Source of the DNA: Trueperaceae bacterium
GTDB taxonomy: Bacteria; Deinococcota; Deinococci; Deinococcales; Trueperaceae
Direction: 5' to 3'
NCBI GenBank assembly: GCA_034521815.1
Contig: JAXHLW010000001.1
Span: forward strand, 96,001 to 160,000
Length of the DNA: 64,000 nt
The notes under the pieces were generated by a model that was not told the DNA's origin, ran no database searches, and saw only the letters and a list, made by a program, of their open reading frames with translations. The position numbers and the translations under genes are program-made. Shown here piece by piece: positions 10,168 through 19,430 of the stretch (position 1 is its first letter; every line of letters begins with the position of its first letter).

Positions 10168-11660
10168 CCACGCCCCTTCTCGATGCCATACGGCACCAGC
10201 ACCGCCTCCGTACCTTCGTCATTCGAACCGATGCGTCCAGGACGACGTTCGTGGCCTCCGATCCGGTCGATATGGGTACGCATCGCACGCTGATGCCGTA
10301 TGGGATCGGGAGGCGTCGACGAGACCACCTCTCCCTCGCCGCTGCGCGCGAGGTCGTGGCGCGCGAGGTCGTGGCGCGCGAGGTCGCGGGGCGCAGGGCC
10401 GTCCCACGGCAGCGGATCGCCCGAGGCGAGGTCCAGCAGCCGCCAGCGCAGCCGCGGCCGTAGCGCGCCCGGGTCGTGCAGCGCGAAGCGGCGGGCCTGG
10501 CTGGGGAAGCGGGCGTGGACGGCGCGGGCGGCTTCGGCGCGGCGCCTGCGTTGCGCCCACAGCTCGCCCGCCTCCGCGCGGCGGGCCAGGCCGGAGAGCT
10601 CGATCCGCAGCTCGTCGATGCCCAGCGGCACCAGCCCGGTGTCGCTCAGCGCCAGCCGCGCCAGCCGCAGGAGCCTGATGGGATCGCGCAACGGCGCCTT
10701 CGCGCGCCGCGTCGCGTCGCTGCGCAGGCCGGCGGTCGAGACGAGCACGCGGACCCGCTCGGCGCTGCGCTCGCCCAGCGCCTCGGCGGCCTGTTCGACG
10801 AGCCGCTCCAGGATCGGGTCGATCTCGGCCGGCTCGCAGGCGGCGTCGTCGAACGCGTGGCCGGCGGCGACGACGACGGGGGGCGGGCGCACGGGGACGT
10901 GGTCGATGCGGGGGCCGTGCAGGACGGGCGTCAGCGCGCGTCCCTCGTCGCCGAGGAAGGCGAGGAGCTGAGCCGGCGTCCAGCGCCGCAGCGCTCCGAC
11001 GGTGTCGACGCCCAGCCAGGCCAGCCGCTCGCGCTGGGCGGAGGAGAGGCCCGCGCCGCCCAGCAGGTAGACCGGCGCCGGATCGAGGCGGGTCCACGGA
11101 TCCTCGCCGGCGGCCGCGACCACGGCCCGGCCGGGCTCGGCCAGGTAGGCGAGCAGGTGGGCCTCCTCGACCGTGCCGGCCCCGCCGACCCGGGCGCCGG
11201 CCCGCTCGGCGAGGGACGCGGCGTCGTGCGCGTCGCCTGCGAAGGCGACCACGCCGACCCGGACCGCGGCGACGCGGGGCGAGACGTCGTGCATGCCGTC
11301 CAAGAACGCCTCCCAGGCGGCGTCGACCTCCGGCCCGGCGCTGGGCAGGATCGTGAGGGAGGGTGCCCGCTGCCAGGCTCCGGCCACGGTCATGCCGGCC
11401 TGGACGCCTGCGGCCCGGGCGGAGGCGTCGGCGTAGGCGACGGTGCGGCCGTCCTCGCTGCAGGCGAGGGGCGCGCCGGGCGGGCCCGCCTTCGCGGCGT
11501 CGAGTCGGCCCCAGCGGTGGGCCCACAGCGCGAACGGCTCGACGCTGGCGACCAAGATCCTGGACGCCGGCTGCCCGGGGGGCGGGAAGAGCCTGCTCTG
11601 GGCCGTCTCGGCTCCGTCCTGGACGCCGTTCTGAGAGTTCGTCGTGGTACGATGCGACAT
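10164..11660 (-). CDS. Catalytically degenerate Y-family polymerase-like protein (ImuB/ImuY type)
   Basis: Y-family layout (AARAAGVQAGMTVAGA, SPRVAA, LAWLGVDTVGAL) without the catalytic acidic motif at the N-terminus; directly upstream of DUF6504-dnaE2. Confidence 0.8.
   Translation of the reverse strand: MSHRTTTNSQNGVQDGAETAQSRLFPPPGQPASRILVASVEPFALWAHRWGRLDAAKAGPPGAPLACSEDGRTVAYADASARAAGVQAGMTVAGAWQRAPSLTILPSAGPEVDAAWEAFLDGMHDVSPRVAAVRVGVVAFAGDAHDAASLAERAGARVGGAGTVEEAHLLAYLAEPGRAVVAAAGEDPWTRLDPAPVYLLGGAGLSSAQRERLAWLGVDTVGALRRWTPAQLLAFLGDEGRALTPVLHGPRIDHVPVRPPPVVVAAGHAFDDAACEPAEIDPILERLVEQAAEALGERSAERVRVLVSTAGLRSDATRRAKAPLRDPIRLLRLARLALSDTGLVPLGIDELRIELSGLARRAEAGELWAQRRRRAEAARAVHARFPSQARRFALHDPGALRPRLRWRLLDLASGDPLPWDGPAPRDLARHDLARHDLARSGEGEVVSSTPPDPIRHQRAMRTHIDRIGGHERRPGRIGSNDEGTEAVLVPYGIEKGRG
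10178..10311. repeat. Long imperfect palindromic (fold-back) element with 23-bp terminal inverted repeats inside the imuB 3' end
   Basis: 10178-10200 tctcgatgccatacggcaccagc vs reverse complement of 10289-10311 tcccgatcccatacggcatcagc (20/23); further nested inverted repeats inside. Confidence 0.7.
10345..10390. repeat. Tandem 15-bp repeat x3 (encodes RHDLA repeats in ImuB)
   Basis: gcgcgaggtcgtggc repeated. Confidence 0.75.
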
Positions 11661-11835
11661 CGCCGGGCACGACCTTTCGTGTCGGGACGATTCGTTCGGA
11701 CGTACCGGGGGGCCGCCACAGCCATCGGTGCGTCCGAATCCGTTCGGGGTGGGTCGGCCGCGCGCTCTCGAGACGATCTCTCGGGACGACCGTGTCGGAC
11801 CGCGCGCGCAGCGAAGCTCATGAAGTCATGCCTCG

Positions 11836-11864
11836 AGCATACCTCAAAAACTAAGGTATCGGAA
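11836..11864 (-). promoter_or_regulatory. Putative sigma70 promoter (TTCCGA-17-TATGCT) of the imuB-dnaE2 operon with an overlapping palindromic operator ATACCTCA-N5-TAAGGTAT
   Basis: AT-rich island in high-GC DNA; palindrome 11839-11859 (7/8 arm match) fills the -35/-10 spacer. Confidence 0.6.
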
Positions 11865-11942
11865 GATGGGCTGCGCTACCCGGCGGCACTCGCGATTCGC
11901 GTGGCGCAGCAGGGCGTCAGAGACCCTTTTGGCGGGTCCGCC

Positions 11943-12428
11943 CTACTCGACCGTCACCGACGCCGCGACCAGCACGGCTTTCGACGGGCTCATGGTGCCG
12001 TTGGTGAACGAGTACGGGCGGAAGGCCAGCCCGGTCTCGCCGGGAGGAAGGCCGGACAGGTCGACGGTCAGGTCGTACGCGAACAGCGCGCCCGCCGGGA
12101 AGGTCCCCGAAGGCACGACCTGGAACGTCACCGGCGGGTCGACCACGCTGGGCGTCGTCCAGATCTGCGGTTCCTCGTCGCCTACGAACGTGGTGTCCGC
12201 ACCGGTGCCGTTCTCCAGCACGACCACGATCCGAAGGGCGTCGAAAGCTGTCAGGTCGGCGTCGGGGCTGGTCACGTACCACTGCCCAGACCCGTTGGCG
12301 ACCAGCTCCAGCTCCGGTCCGGAGTCCTGCACGGGCGTGCTGGCGCCGCAACCGGCGAGGAGGAGCACGGCAGCCGCGACGGCGAGCAGCAAGTCGGTCG
12401 CAACGAAAGGAAGAGGACGTCGACGCAT
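11943..12428 (-). CDS. Hypothetical lipoprotein
   Basis: MRRRP... hydrophobic stretch ending in lipobox LAGC; GGAGAG RBS. Confidence 0.65.
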   Translation of the reverse strand: MRRRPLPFVATDLLLAVAAAVLLLAGCGASTPVQDSGPELELVANGSGQWYVTSPDADLTAFDALRIVVVLENGTGADTTFVGDEEPQIWTTPSVVDPPVTFQVVPSGTFPAGALFAYDLTVDLSGLPPGETGLAFRPYSFTNGTMSPSKAVLVAASVTVE

Positions 12429-12538
12429 GAGGACTCTCCAATCCGAATCGCACGAGACGGGGCGGTACACGTCACTCTAGTACGGCCGTAGGACGTTCGC
12501 CACTGGCGACCCACCCCGCATCGGAACAGCGTAGGCGC

Positions 12539-13966
12539 ATGCACGCACGCGCCTCCTTCCCCCGCGCTTCCGTCGCCGCGTGGTCGGCGATCCCGCTCGC
12601 CCTCCTCGCCATCGCTCTCGGCGCGCTCGCCCCGTTCGCCGGAGCGCAGGCGCCGACCCCCCTACCCGTCGACGTGTATCTGTTCCACGGCGACGGCTGT
12701 CCCCACTGCGCGAACGCGATCGAGTTCCTGCGCGAGATGCGGACCGAGCACCCCACCCTGCACGTTCGCGACTACGAGGTCTGGTACGACGAGCCCAACC
12801 GGGACATCCTCGAGGCGTTCGCCTCCGCGTACGGGAGGCCCGTCCAGGGCGTGCCGATGATCTTCCTGGGCGACGAGGTCTGGATCGGCTTCGGGTCCAG
12901 CACCGAACGCGACCTGCGCCAGCGCATCGCGCAGTACGAGGCCGTCGCCGCGCCCGATCCGCTGGACCGCCTCTCACCCGAGATGCGCGAGCGGGCGCTC
13001 GACGCCGCCGGCGACATCGTGCCCCCGCCGACCGTCGTGAGCCCGACCGAGGCCCCCGCCGACGGCCAGGGCGTCACGCCCCTTCCGCGCCAGGAACGGA
13101 CGCTGGACCTTCCGCTGGTCGGAACCGTCGATCTCGAGCGGACCTCGCTCGTGATGACCACGGCGCTGATCGCGCTGGTCGACGGGGTGAACCCCTGTTC
13201 GCTGTGGGTGCTGGCGCTGCTGCTGGGCGTGGTGCTGGGCACCGGGACGACGTCACGTCGCCGCGTGCTGATCATCGGCGGAACGTTCCTCACGATCACC
13301 GCGATCGTCTACGCCGCGTTCGTCGCCGGCGTGTTCGAGATCCTCGCCTACCTGTCGCTGCTCGGCTGGATCCGGGTCGCCGTCGCGATCCTGGCCCTGG
13401 CGATCGCGGCGATCAACCTCAAGGACTACGTCGCGTTCGGGCGCGGCTTCAGCCTCACGATCGACGACTCGGCCAAGCCCGGCATCTACAAGGGCATCCG
13501 CAGAATCATGCAGGCCGAAGGCTCGTGGACGCTGACGCTGGGCGCCACCGCCGCGCTGGCGCTGGGCGTCACGCTGGTCGAGCTTCCCTGCACGATCGGC
13601 CTGCCGGTGGTGTGGGGAACGCTGCTCGCCGATGCGGGCGTGAGCCGCGGCACCTTCGGCGGCCTGCTGGGGCTGTACATGGTGATCTACCTGCTGGACG
13701 AGCTCGTGATCTTCGGGGCCGCCGTGATCACGCTCAAGGCCACCAAGCTCGACGAGAGCGGCGGCAGGATCCTCAAGCTCCTCGGCGGCGCCGTGATGCT
13801 GGCGTTGGCCGTCGCGATGCTCGCCTGGCCCGAGGCGCTCTCGTCGCTGAGCGGAACGGCGCTGGTGTTCGGCGCGGCGCTCGGAGGCACGGCGCTGGTC
13901 CTCGTCGTCCACCAGATCGTTCATCCCGCGTCCAGCCCCTTGCCGACCGCGGCCAAGCGCGGCTGA
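12539..13966 (+). CDS. Thioredoxin/glutaredoxin domain fused to a CcdA/DsbD-like transmembrane domain
   Basis: Signal peptide, CPHC motif, VPMIF cis-Pro region, then TM helices with NPC and LPC cysteines. Confidence 0.8.
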   Translation: MHARASFPRASVAAWSAIPLALLAIALGALAPFAGAQAPTPLPVDVYLFHGDGCPHCANAIEFLREMRTEHPTLHVRDYEVWYDEPNRDILEAFASAYGRPVQGVPMIFLGDEVWIGFGSSTERDLRQRIAQYEAVAAPDPLDRLSPEMRERALDAAGDIVPPPTVVSPTEAPADGQGVTPLPRQERTLDLPLVGTVDLERTSLVMTTALIALVDGVNPCSLWVLALLLGVVLGTGTTSRRRVLIIGGTFLTITAIVYAAFVAGVFEILAYLSLLGWIRVAVAILALAIAAINLKDYVAFGRGFSLTIDDSAKPGIYKGIRRIMQAEGSWTLTLGATAALALGVTLVELPCTIGLPVVWGTLLADAGVSRGTFGGLLGLYMVIYLLDELVIFGAAVITLKATKLDESGGRILKLLGGAVMLALAVAMLAWPEALSSLSGTALVFGAALGGTALVLVVHQIVHPASSPLPTAAKRG

Positions 13967-13989
13967 GCAGCCGCCTCGCTGCCGACAGC

Positions 13990-14631
13990 TCACGGTGAGC
14001 GCCGCGCCGCACGCACGGCGCTCCACCCCAGGTAGGCGGCGACGAGCCACGACCCGCCCAGATCGATCCAGCGCGTCGCCGGCCAGGCCGGCGCCAGCGC
14101 CACGGTCGCCAGCGCCGCCAGCACGCTGGCGTCCACGACCGTCTTGGCGCGGTACAGCGCACGCTGTCCGCCGATCACCGTGCTGGGAAGGTCGTCTTCG
14201 AAGCGTGCGTAGCGACGCCAGAACCAGCCGTTCGTGAGCAGGCCCGCCGCCGCCACGGCGACGCCGACCGTGACGTTACCCCCGGGCCGGAACGCGCCGC
14301 CGCGGCTGGCCGCGAGCGCCGCCACCAGCGCCCCCGACGTCGCGAGCGTCGCCACCACCGTCCGGTGCGCCCAGCGCTCCCAGCGGACGCGGCGACCCGC
14401 CGCCTGGTCGGGCCCGCCCCGCGCGAACGCCGCGTACGACGTGCCGATCGCCAGCAGCTCGACGGTCCGGCGCACGAAGTCGGCGAGCTGCGTCGTGGAC
14501 TGGCTCATCGCCACCGCGACGCCGGTCGCGAGCGGCGCCCAGGCGCTCAGGAACAGCGCCAGTCGCAACGTCCGCTGACGGCGTCCGCGCTGGTCCGCGG
14601 ACAGGCCGGTCGCCGCGTCGGGACGGTCCAC
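13990..14631 (-). CDS. Membrane protein resembling the TM domain of cation diffusion facilitators
   Basis: About 6 TM helices, STTQLADFVRRTVEL and RWIDLGGS motifs. Start GTG 14631 is inferred. Confidence 0.55.
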   Translation of the reverse strand: MDRPDAATGLSADQRGRRQRTLRLALFLSAWAPLATGVAVAMSQSTTQLADFVRRTVELLAIGTSYAAFARGGPDQAAGRRVRWERWAHRTVVATLATSGALVAALAASRGGAFRPGGNVTVGVAVAAAGLLTNGWFWRRYARFEDDLPSTVIGGQRALYRAKTVVDASVLAALATVALAPAWPATRWIDLGGSWLVAAYLGWSAVRAARRSP

Positions 14632-14642
14632 CTCAGCCCACC

Positions 14643-15374
14643 TCAGCCCACACCGGTCCAGGCCAGGAGCCCCACGACGGCGGCCACCGAGGCGGACGCG
14701 GCGAGCGGGACGGTGAGCGTGTCCGTCCCGCCTCGCGAGACCAGCTCGACGAGCGTCGCCGAGGCGGCGGCGACGCTCGCCGCGAGCGTCACGACCGCCC
14801 ACGGCACGCCGCCGTACAGCCGCAGCGTGAGTGCGATGGCCACCGCCGCGGCCGTCGCCATCGCCAGCGAGCCCTCCACCGTCTTGCCTGCGTCCACGAA
14901 ACGCGAGACGACGAAGCGGCGACCGAACCGCTTTCCGACCAGGGCCGCCGCCGCGTCGCCGAACGTCCAGCCCATCACCCCCGCCGCGACGACGGCCTTT
15001 CCCGGCGACCCGGCCGCGCCCCAGAACAGCGCCATGTTCGCCGCGAACGACGCCTGGACCCACATCATCGAGCGGCGCAGCTCGCCACCGCCCACCAGCC
15101 GATCGGGCAAGAAGCGCCGGTAGCCGGACCACCGCTCCAGCGCCAGGAGCGCGGGGTAGGCGACGAGCACCAGCACGAACGCCGCGGCCACCGCCTCGTA
15201 CCAGGCGCCGAACAGCGTGAGCATGAGCCAGATCGACAGGCCGTAGCCCAGATGGTGGGTCTTGCGGATCACCTCGCCCGGAGCGCGGGTCCACGTCCGC
15301 AACGCCACCGGAACGACCAGACACGCGACCAGGTAGTACGCGAACAGCCAGACGGTGGCGAGGAGGAACCCCAT
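14643..15374 (-). CDS. CTP-dependent polyprenol/phytol kinase (cytidylyltransferase-like) family membrane protein
   Basis: EVIRKTHH, FGDAAAALVGKRFG, KTVEGS, DTLTVPL motifs; alternative start GTG 15464. Confidence 0.8.
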   Translation of the reverse strand: MGFLLATVWLFAYYLVACLVVPVALRTWTRAPGEVIRKTHHLGYGLSIWLMLTLFGAWYEAVAAAFVLVLVAYPALLALERWSGYRRFLPDRLVGGGELRRSMMWVQASFAANMALFWGAAGSPGKAVVAAGVMGWTFGDAAAALVGKRFGRRFVVSRFVDAGKTVEGSLAMATAAAVAIALTLRLYGGVPWAVVTLAASVAAASATLVELVSRGGTDTLTVPLAASASVAAVVGLLAWTGVG

Positions 15375-15489
15375 GACGGCGATCTCCGTGTCCGCGCTCC
15401 GGGTGGCGGAGCGCTCCTGTCCCTGATCAGCGTCCCCTGTCTTCACGATAGACGACGGCGCCACGCTGGAGGCACGCCGCCGTGACCGG

Positions 15490-18297
15490 TCAGCCGGGGC
15501 GTGCGCCGTGGGCCTGCAGCCACGGCTCGATCGCCTCGCCCGGCAGCGGCTTCGCGAGCAGGTAGCCCTGCTCGGCTGTGCAGCCGGTCTCGGTCAGGAA
15601 CGCACGCTGGGCCTCGGTTTCGACCCCTTCCGCGATCGTTTCGAGATCGAACGCCCTTGCGAGCTGGACCATGGCGTGGATCAGCGCGCGGTCGCCGTGC
15701 GAGACCTCGGCGTCCACCCGCTCCACGAACGTCTTGTCGATCTTGAGCACGTCGGCATCGAGGTGCTGCAGCTGGCTGAGCGACGCGTAGCCGGTCCCGA
15801 AGTCGTCGATCGCGACGCGGGCGCCCAACCCGCGAAGCGTCCGCAGCGCCTCGCGGACGCTCGCGGTCACCGTCATCGCGGTCGTCTCGGTGATCTCGAT
15901 CTCGAGGTCGCTGGGGGCCAGGTGCGCCTCTGACAGGTCGGCCAGGACGTTCGCGAGCCAATCGTCCTCGTCGAGCTCGCGCGCCGAGACGTTCACCGCG
16001 ATCCGAGCGCAGGAGATCCCGGACCGGCGCCAGCGGCGCAGGCGATCGAACGCCTTTCGCCTCACGGCCGCGCCCAGCGCGACGATCAGACCCGATCGTT
16101 CCGCTTCGCGTACGAAGCGATCGGGAGCGACCGGGCCCCAGACCGGATGGGTCCACCGTGCCAGCGCCTCGACCCCGACCAGGCTGCCGTCGCGCAGGCT
16201 CGCCTGAGGCTGGAAGTGGAGGTCGATCTCGTCGCGCGCCAGGGCGCCGGACAGCTCGGAGCGCAGCGTGAGGCGCTCGGCGGCGAGCTGATCGAGCTGG
16301 CTCGAGTAGTAGCGCACCGTGCCCGGTCCCGCCTCCTTGGCCGCGTGCAGAGCCGTCTCGGCATGGGCCAGAAGGTCCGCGGCAGCGCGCCCGTCGTCGG
16401 GCGCGATGGCCACGCCGACGCTGCACCCGAGGTGCACGGCCTGACCGCGAACGTCGAACGGCTCGCTCAGCGCTCGTTGCGCCGTCCGGACCGCGTCGTC
16501 CAGCGCCGTGAGGTCGTCGTCGCGTCGGAACGCCATCACGAAGCGGTCCTCGGCATAGCGCCCCAGGACGTCGTTCCCGCGGTGGAGCGAGCCCAGGCGC
16601 GACGCGACGCCTTGCAGGACCTCGTCGCCCGCAGCGTGGCCCAGCGAGTCGTTCACCGACCGGAACCCGTCCAGGCCCAGCACCAGCACCCCGGTCCGGC
16701 CGCCACGGCTCGGCGCGCTGGCGAGGTGTCGCCTCAGCGCGCGTCCTGCGCCGTTCCGGTTCGGTAGGCCGGTCAAGGGGTCGAAGAACGTCAACGCGTC
16801 GACGCGTTCGGACAGGCTGCGCAGCTCCGTGACGTCCACGTCGATGCCGTGGATGACGGCGGGACGGTCGTTCGCGTCTCGCTCGACGGTCGCTTGCGAT
16901 AGGACGCGATGGACACGTCCGTGGGCGCCCAGCAGCCGGTACTCGTTTCGGTAGCCGGACGTCGGATCGGCCTCGAACGCGCGCAGCAGGTCCAGCACCG
17001 TGGCGGCGTCGTCCGGGTGCAGCAGCCGAGCGAAGCCGTCGAGGTCGCCTGGGACCTCGCCGGGGCGGTAGCCGAGGTGCCGCCTCCAGGCGTCGGAGAT
17101 CTCGAACGCGTCGCTGCGCAGGTCGTGGATCCAGAAGCCCAGGTTCGCCGTCTGCGACGCCAGGGCGTTCCGCATCCGCTCGCCCTCCAGCCGCGACTCC
17201 GTCTCACGGACGCGCGTCATGTCCTGCACGGTGGCGATGAAGCGCGCATCGAGCGTCGAGTCGGCGTCGACACGGCTCACCGTCGTCATCGTCGGGGTCG
17301 TGCTGCCGTCGGGCCGGATCCGCTCGGCCTCGTACGTCGCCGTGCCGGTCCGCTCGGCTTCGGCCAGGTGGCCCACGATCCGCTCGCGGTCGCCCTCCAC
17401 GAACAGGTCGAGGATCGGCTTGCCGATCAGGTCGGCCGCGTCGACGCCCTGGATCGTGGCGTAGGCGTCGTTCATCATCGTCAGGTGGGTGCCGGACGCG
17501 TCGGACAGCGCGACGCCCACCTTCAGCGAGCGAAACACCGTCTCCCACAGCTTCGACGCCCGTTCGTGCCGGACCTGGTCGGTCACGTCCTGCTTCGCGG
17601 CGATGAAGTGGGTGACGGCGCCCGCGTCGTCGTGAATCGGGCTGATCACCATCTCCTCGTCGTACGTCGTGCCGTCCTTGCGGCGGTTCACGAGACGACC
17701 GCGCCAAGGGACGCCCGCCAGGATCGTGCGCCACATCTCGTCGTAGAAGGCGTCGTCCTGGTGGCCCGAGCGCACCAGGTCGCCGGGGCGCGCTCCGATC
17801 GCCTCGTCGAGACCGTAGCCGGTGAGCTGGCTGAACGCCGGGTTGCACCACAGCACGCGTCCGCCCCGGTCGGTGAGCACCAGCGCGTGCGCGACGACGT
17901 CCAGGGCGTGGTCGCGCAGGCGCCTCAGCGCGGGCGAGCGGGCCAGCTGCGTGGCGTCGCGAACGAGGGCGTAGCGAAGCTCCTGGTCGCCCAGGCGGAC
18001 GCGACCGACCGCGACCCGAACGTCGCGCTCCGACCCGTCGGCCCGCCGGTGCACGGCGTCGAACTCGGCGCCGTCGCGAGGCTCCTCGCGCGTGATCGGC
18101 GTGGGAGCAGCGGAGCCGCTGGCCACGGTGAGGTCGAGCCAGGACCGGGTCTGGAGATCGTGGCGCGACCAGCCGTAGAATCGCGCCGCGGCCGGGTTCG
18201 CGTCGACGATCCGGCCGAAGGCCGGATCGATCAGCAGCATCGCGGTGCGATCGTCGTCGAACAGCGATCGGAAGGCGCTATCGCGGGGCAGCGTCAC
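15490..18297 (-). CDS. Multi-PAS / degenerate GGDEF / EAL protein (probable c-di-GMP phosphodiesterase)
   Basis: Four PAS-like repeats, DPLTGLPNR, GGDEF replaced by AEDRF, intact EAL, EITE and DDFGTGY. Confidence 0.9.
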   Translation of the reverse strand: MTLPRDSAFRSLFDDDRTAMLLIDPAFGRIVDANPAAARFYGWSRHDLQTRSWLDLTVASGSAAPTPITREEPRDGAEFDAVHRRADGSERDVRVAVGRVRLGDQELRYALVRDATQLARSPALRRLRDHALDVVAHALVLTDRGGRVLWCNPAFSQLTGYGLDEAIGARPGDLVRSGHQDDAFYDEMWRTILAGVPWRGRLVNRRKDGTTYDEEMVISPIHDDAGAVTHFIAAKQDVTDQVRHERASKLWETVFRSLKVGVALSDASGTHLTMMNDAYATIQGVDAADLIGKPILDLFVEGDRERIVGHLAEAERTGTATYEAERIRPDGSTTPTMTTVSRVDADSTLDARFIATVQDMTRVRETESRLEGERMRNALASQTANLGFWIHDLRSDAFEISDAWRRHLGYRPGEVPGDLDGFARLLHPDDAATVLDLLRAFEADPTSGYRNEYRLLGAHGRVHRVLSQATVERDANDRPAVIHGIDVDVTELRSLSERVDALTFFDPLTGLPNRNGAGRALRRHLASAPSRGGRTGVLVLGLDGFRSVNDSLGHAAGDEVLQGVASRLGSLHRGNDVLGRYAEDRFVMAFRRDDDLTALDDAVRTAQRALSEPFDVRGQAVHLGCSVGVAIAPDDGRAAADLLAHAETALHAAKEAGPGTVRYYSSQLDQLAAERLTLRSELSGALARDEIDLHFQPQASLRDGSLVGVEALARWTHPVWGPVAPDRFVREAERSGLIVALGAAVRRKAFDRLRRWRRSGISCARIAVNVSARELDEDDWLANVLADLSEAHLAPSDLEIEITETTAMTVTASVREALRTLRGLGARVAIDDFGTGYASLSQLQHLDADVLKIDKTFVERVDAEVSHGDRALIHAMVQLARAFDLETIAEGVETEAQRAFLTETGCTAEQGYLLAKPLPGEAIEPWLQAHGARPG

Positions 18298-18324
18298 ATT
18301 GCGCAGAATGTAGCACCGCGCTCG

Positions 18325-19419
18325 TCAGAACAGGCCCGGCTGCACGCTGTGGCCGGGAACGCGGAACGCGGCGGCGGACAGCGTGGGCCTGCCTTCGAGC
18401 CCGTGCTGGCGGCAGGAAAGCCGGAACAGCGCCCGCACCTGCTCGGCGTACGTCCCTTCGCCCTTCATGCGGCTGCCGAAGGTGCCGTCGTTCATCCGGC
18501 CCCCGCGCACCTCCCGGATGCGCGCCAGGATGCGGCGGGCCCGGGCGGGGTCGCGGGTCTCGAGCCAGGACGTGAACACCTCTTCGACCGCGTGCGGAAG
18601 CCGCATCATGACCGTGCCCGCGAAGCTCGCGCCCGCCTCGGCCGCCGCCGCGAGAATCGCGGGGATCTCCGGGTCGGTCAGCCCCGGAATCACCGGAGCG
18701 ACGTTCACCCCGACGGGTACGCCCGCCTCCGCCAGCGCGCGGATGGCCGCCAGGCGTCTCGCGGGGCTCGAGGTCCGCGGCTCCATCGACGCCCGCAGCT
18801 CGTCGTCCAGCGTGGTGATGCTGATCGTCACCGCGACCGCGTCGTGCCGAGCGAGCTCCTCGAGCAGGTCCAGATCGCGCGTGACCAGGTGGTTCTTGGT
18901 GATCAGCGACACCGGCTGACGGAACTCGGCCAGCACCTCGAGGCAGCCCCGGGTGACACGCTCGCGACGCTCCAGCGGCTGGTACGGGTCGGTGACGCCC
19001 GACATCGCGATCGGCCTGGGCGTCCAGGACGGTTTGGACAGCGCGTCCCGGAGCAGCGCCGGCGCGTCGCGCTTCACGAAGATCTGGCGCTCGAAGTCCA
19101 GGCCGGCCGAGAGCCCCAGGTACTCGTGGGTCGGCCGCGCGTAGCAGTACACGCAGCCGTGCTCGCAGCCTCGGTACGGGTTGACGCTGACGTCGAACCC
19201 CACGTCGGGGCTCTGGTTGCGGGCCAGGACGGTCTTCGAGGCGTCGACGTGGACGCGGGTCTCGGGGCGAGCGTCCTCGGGCTCGAACGCGTCCGGGTCG
19301 CGCTCGACCTCGCGCGCGGTGAAGCGGTTGCGAGGGTCCGCCTTCGCGCCGCGTCCCGCGAAGCGAGGGCCCGCGCCGCGTTCCGGCGTGTCGTCGCCGC
19401 GGTGGGGGTCGTGACTCAC
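18325..19419 (-). CDS. Radical SAM protein, PA0069/Rv2578c (spore photoproduct lyase-like) family
   Basis: NPYRGCEHGCVYCYARPTHEYL and SGVTDPYQPLE motifs. Start GTG 19419 is inferred. Confidence 0.9.
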   Translation of the reverse strand: MSHDPHRGDDTPERGAGPRFAGRGAKADPRNRFTAREVERDPDAFEPEDARPETRVHVDASKTVLARNQSPDVGFDVSVNPYRGCEHGCVYCYARPTHEYLGLSAGLDFERQIFVKRDAPALLRDALSKPSWTPRPIAMSGVTDPYQPLERRERVTRGCLEVLAEFRQPVSLITKNHLVTRDLDLLEELARHDAVAVTISITTLDDELRASMEPRTSSPARRLAAIRALAEAGVPVGVNVAPVIPGLTDPEIPAILAAAAEAGASFAGTVMMRLPHAVEEVFTSWLETRDPARARRILARIREVRGGRMNDGTFGSRMKGEGTYAEQVRALFRLSCRQHGLEGRPTLSAAAFRVPGHSVQPGLF

Positions 19420-19430
19420 GTCGACTCCGT

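Noticed and set aside
15490-18297. Active diguanylate cyclase
   Set aside because: The GGDEF motif is degenerate (AEDRF); only the EAL domain looks catalytic
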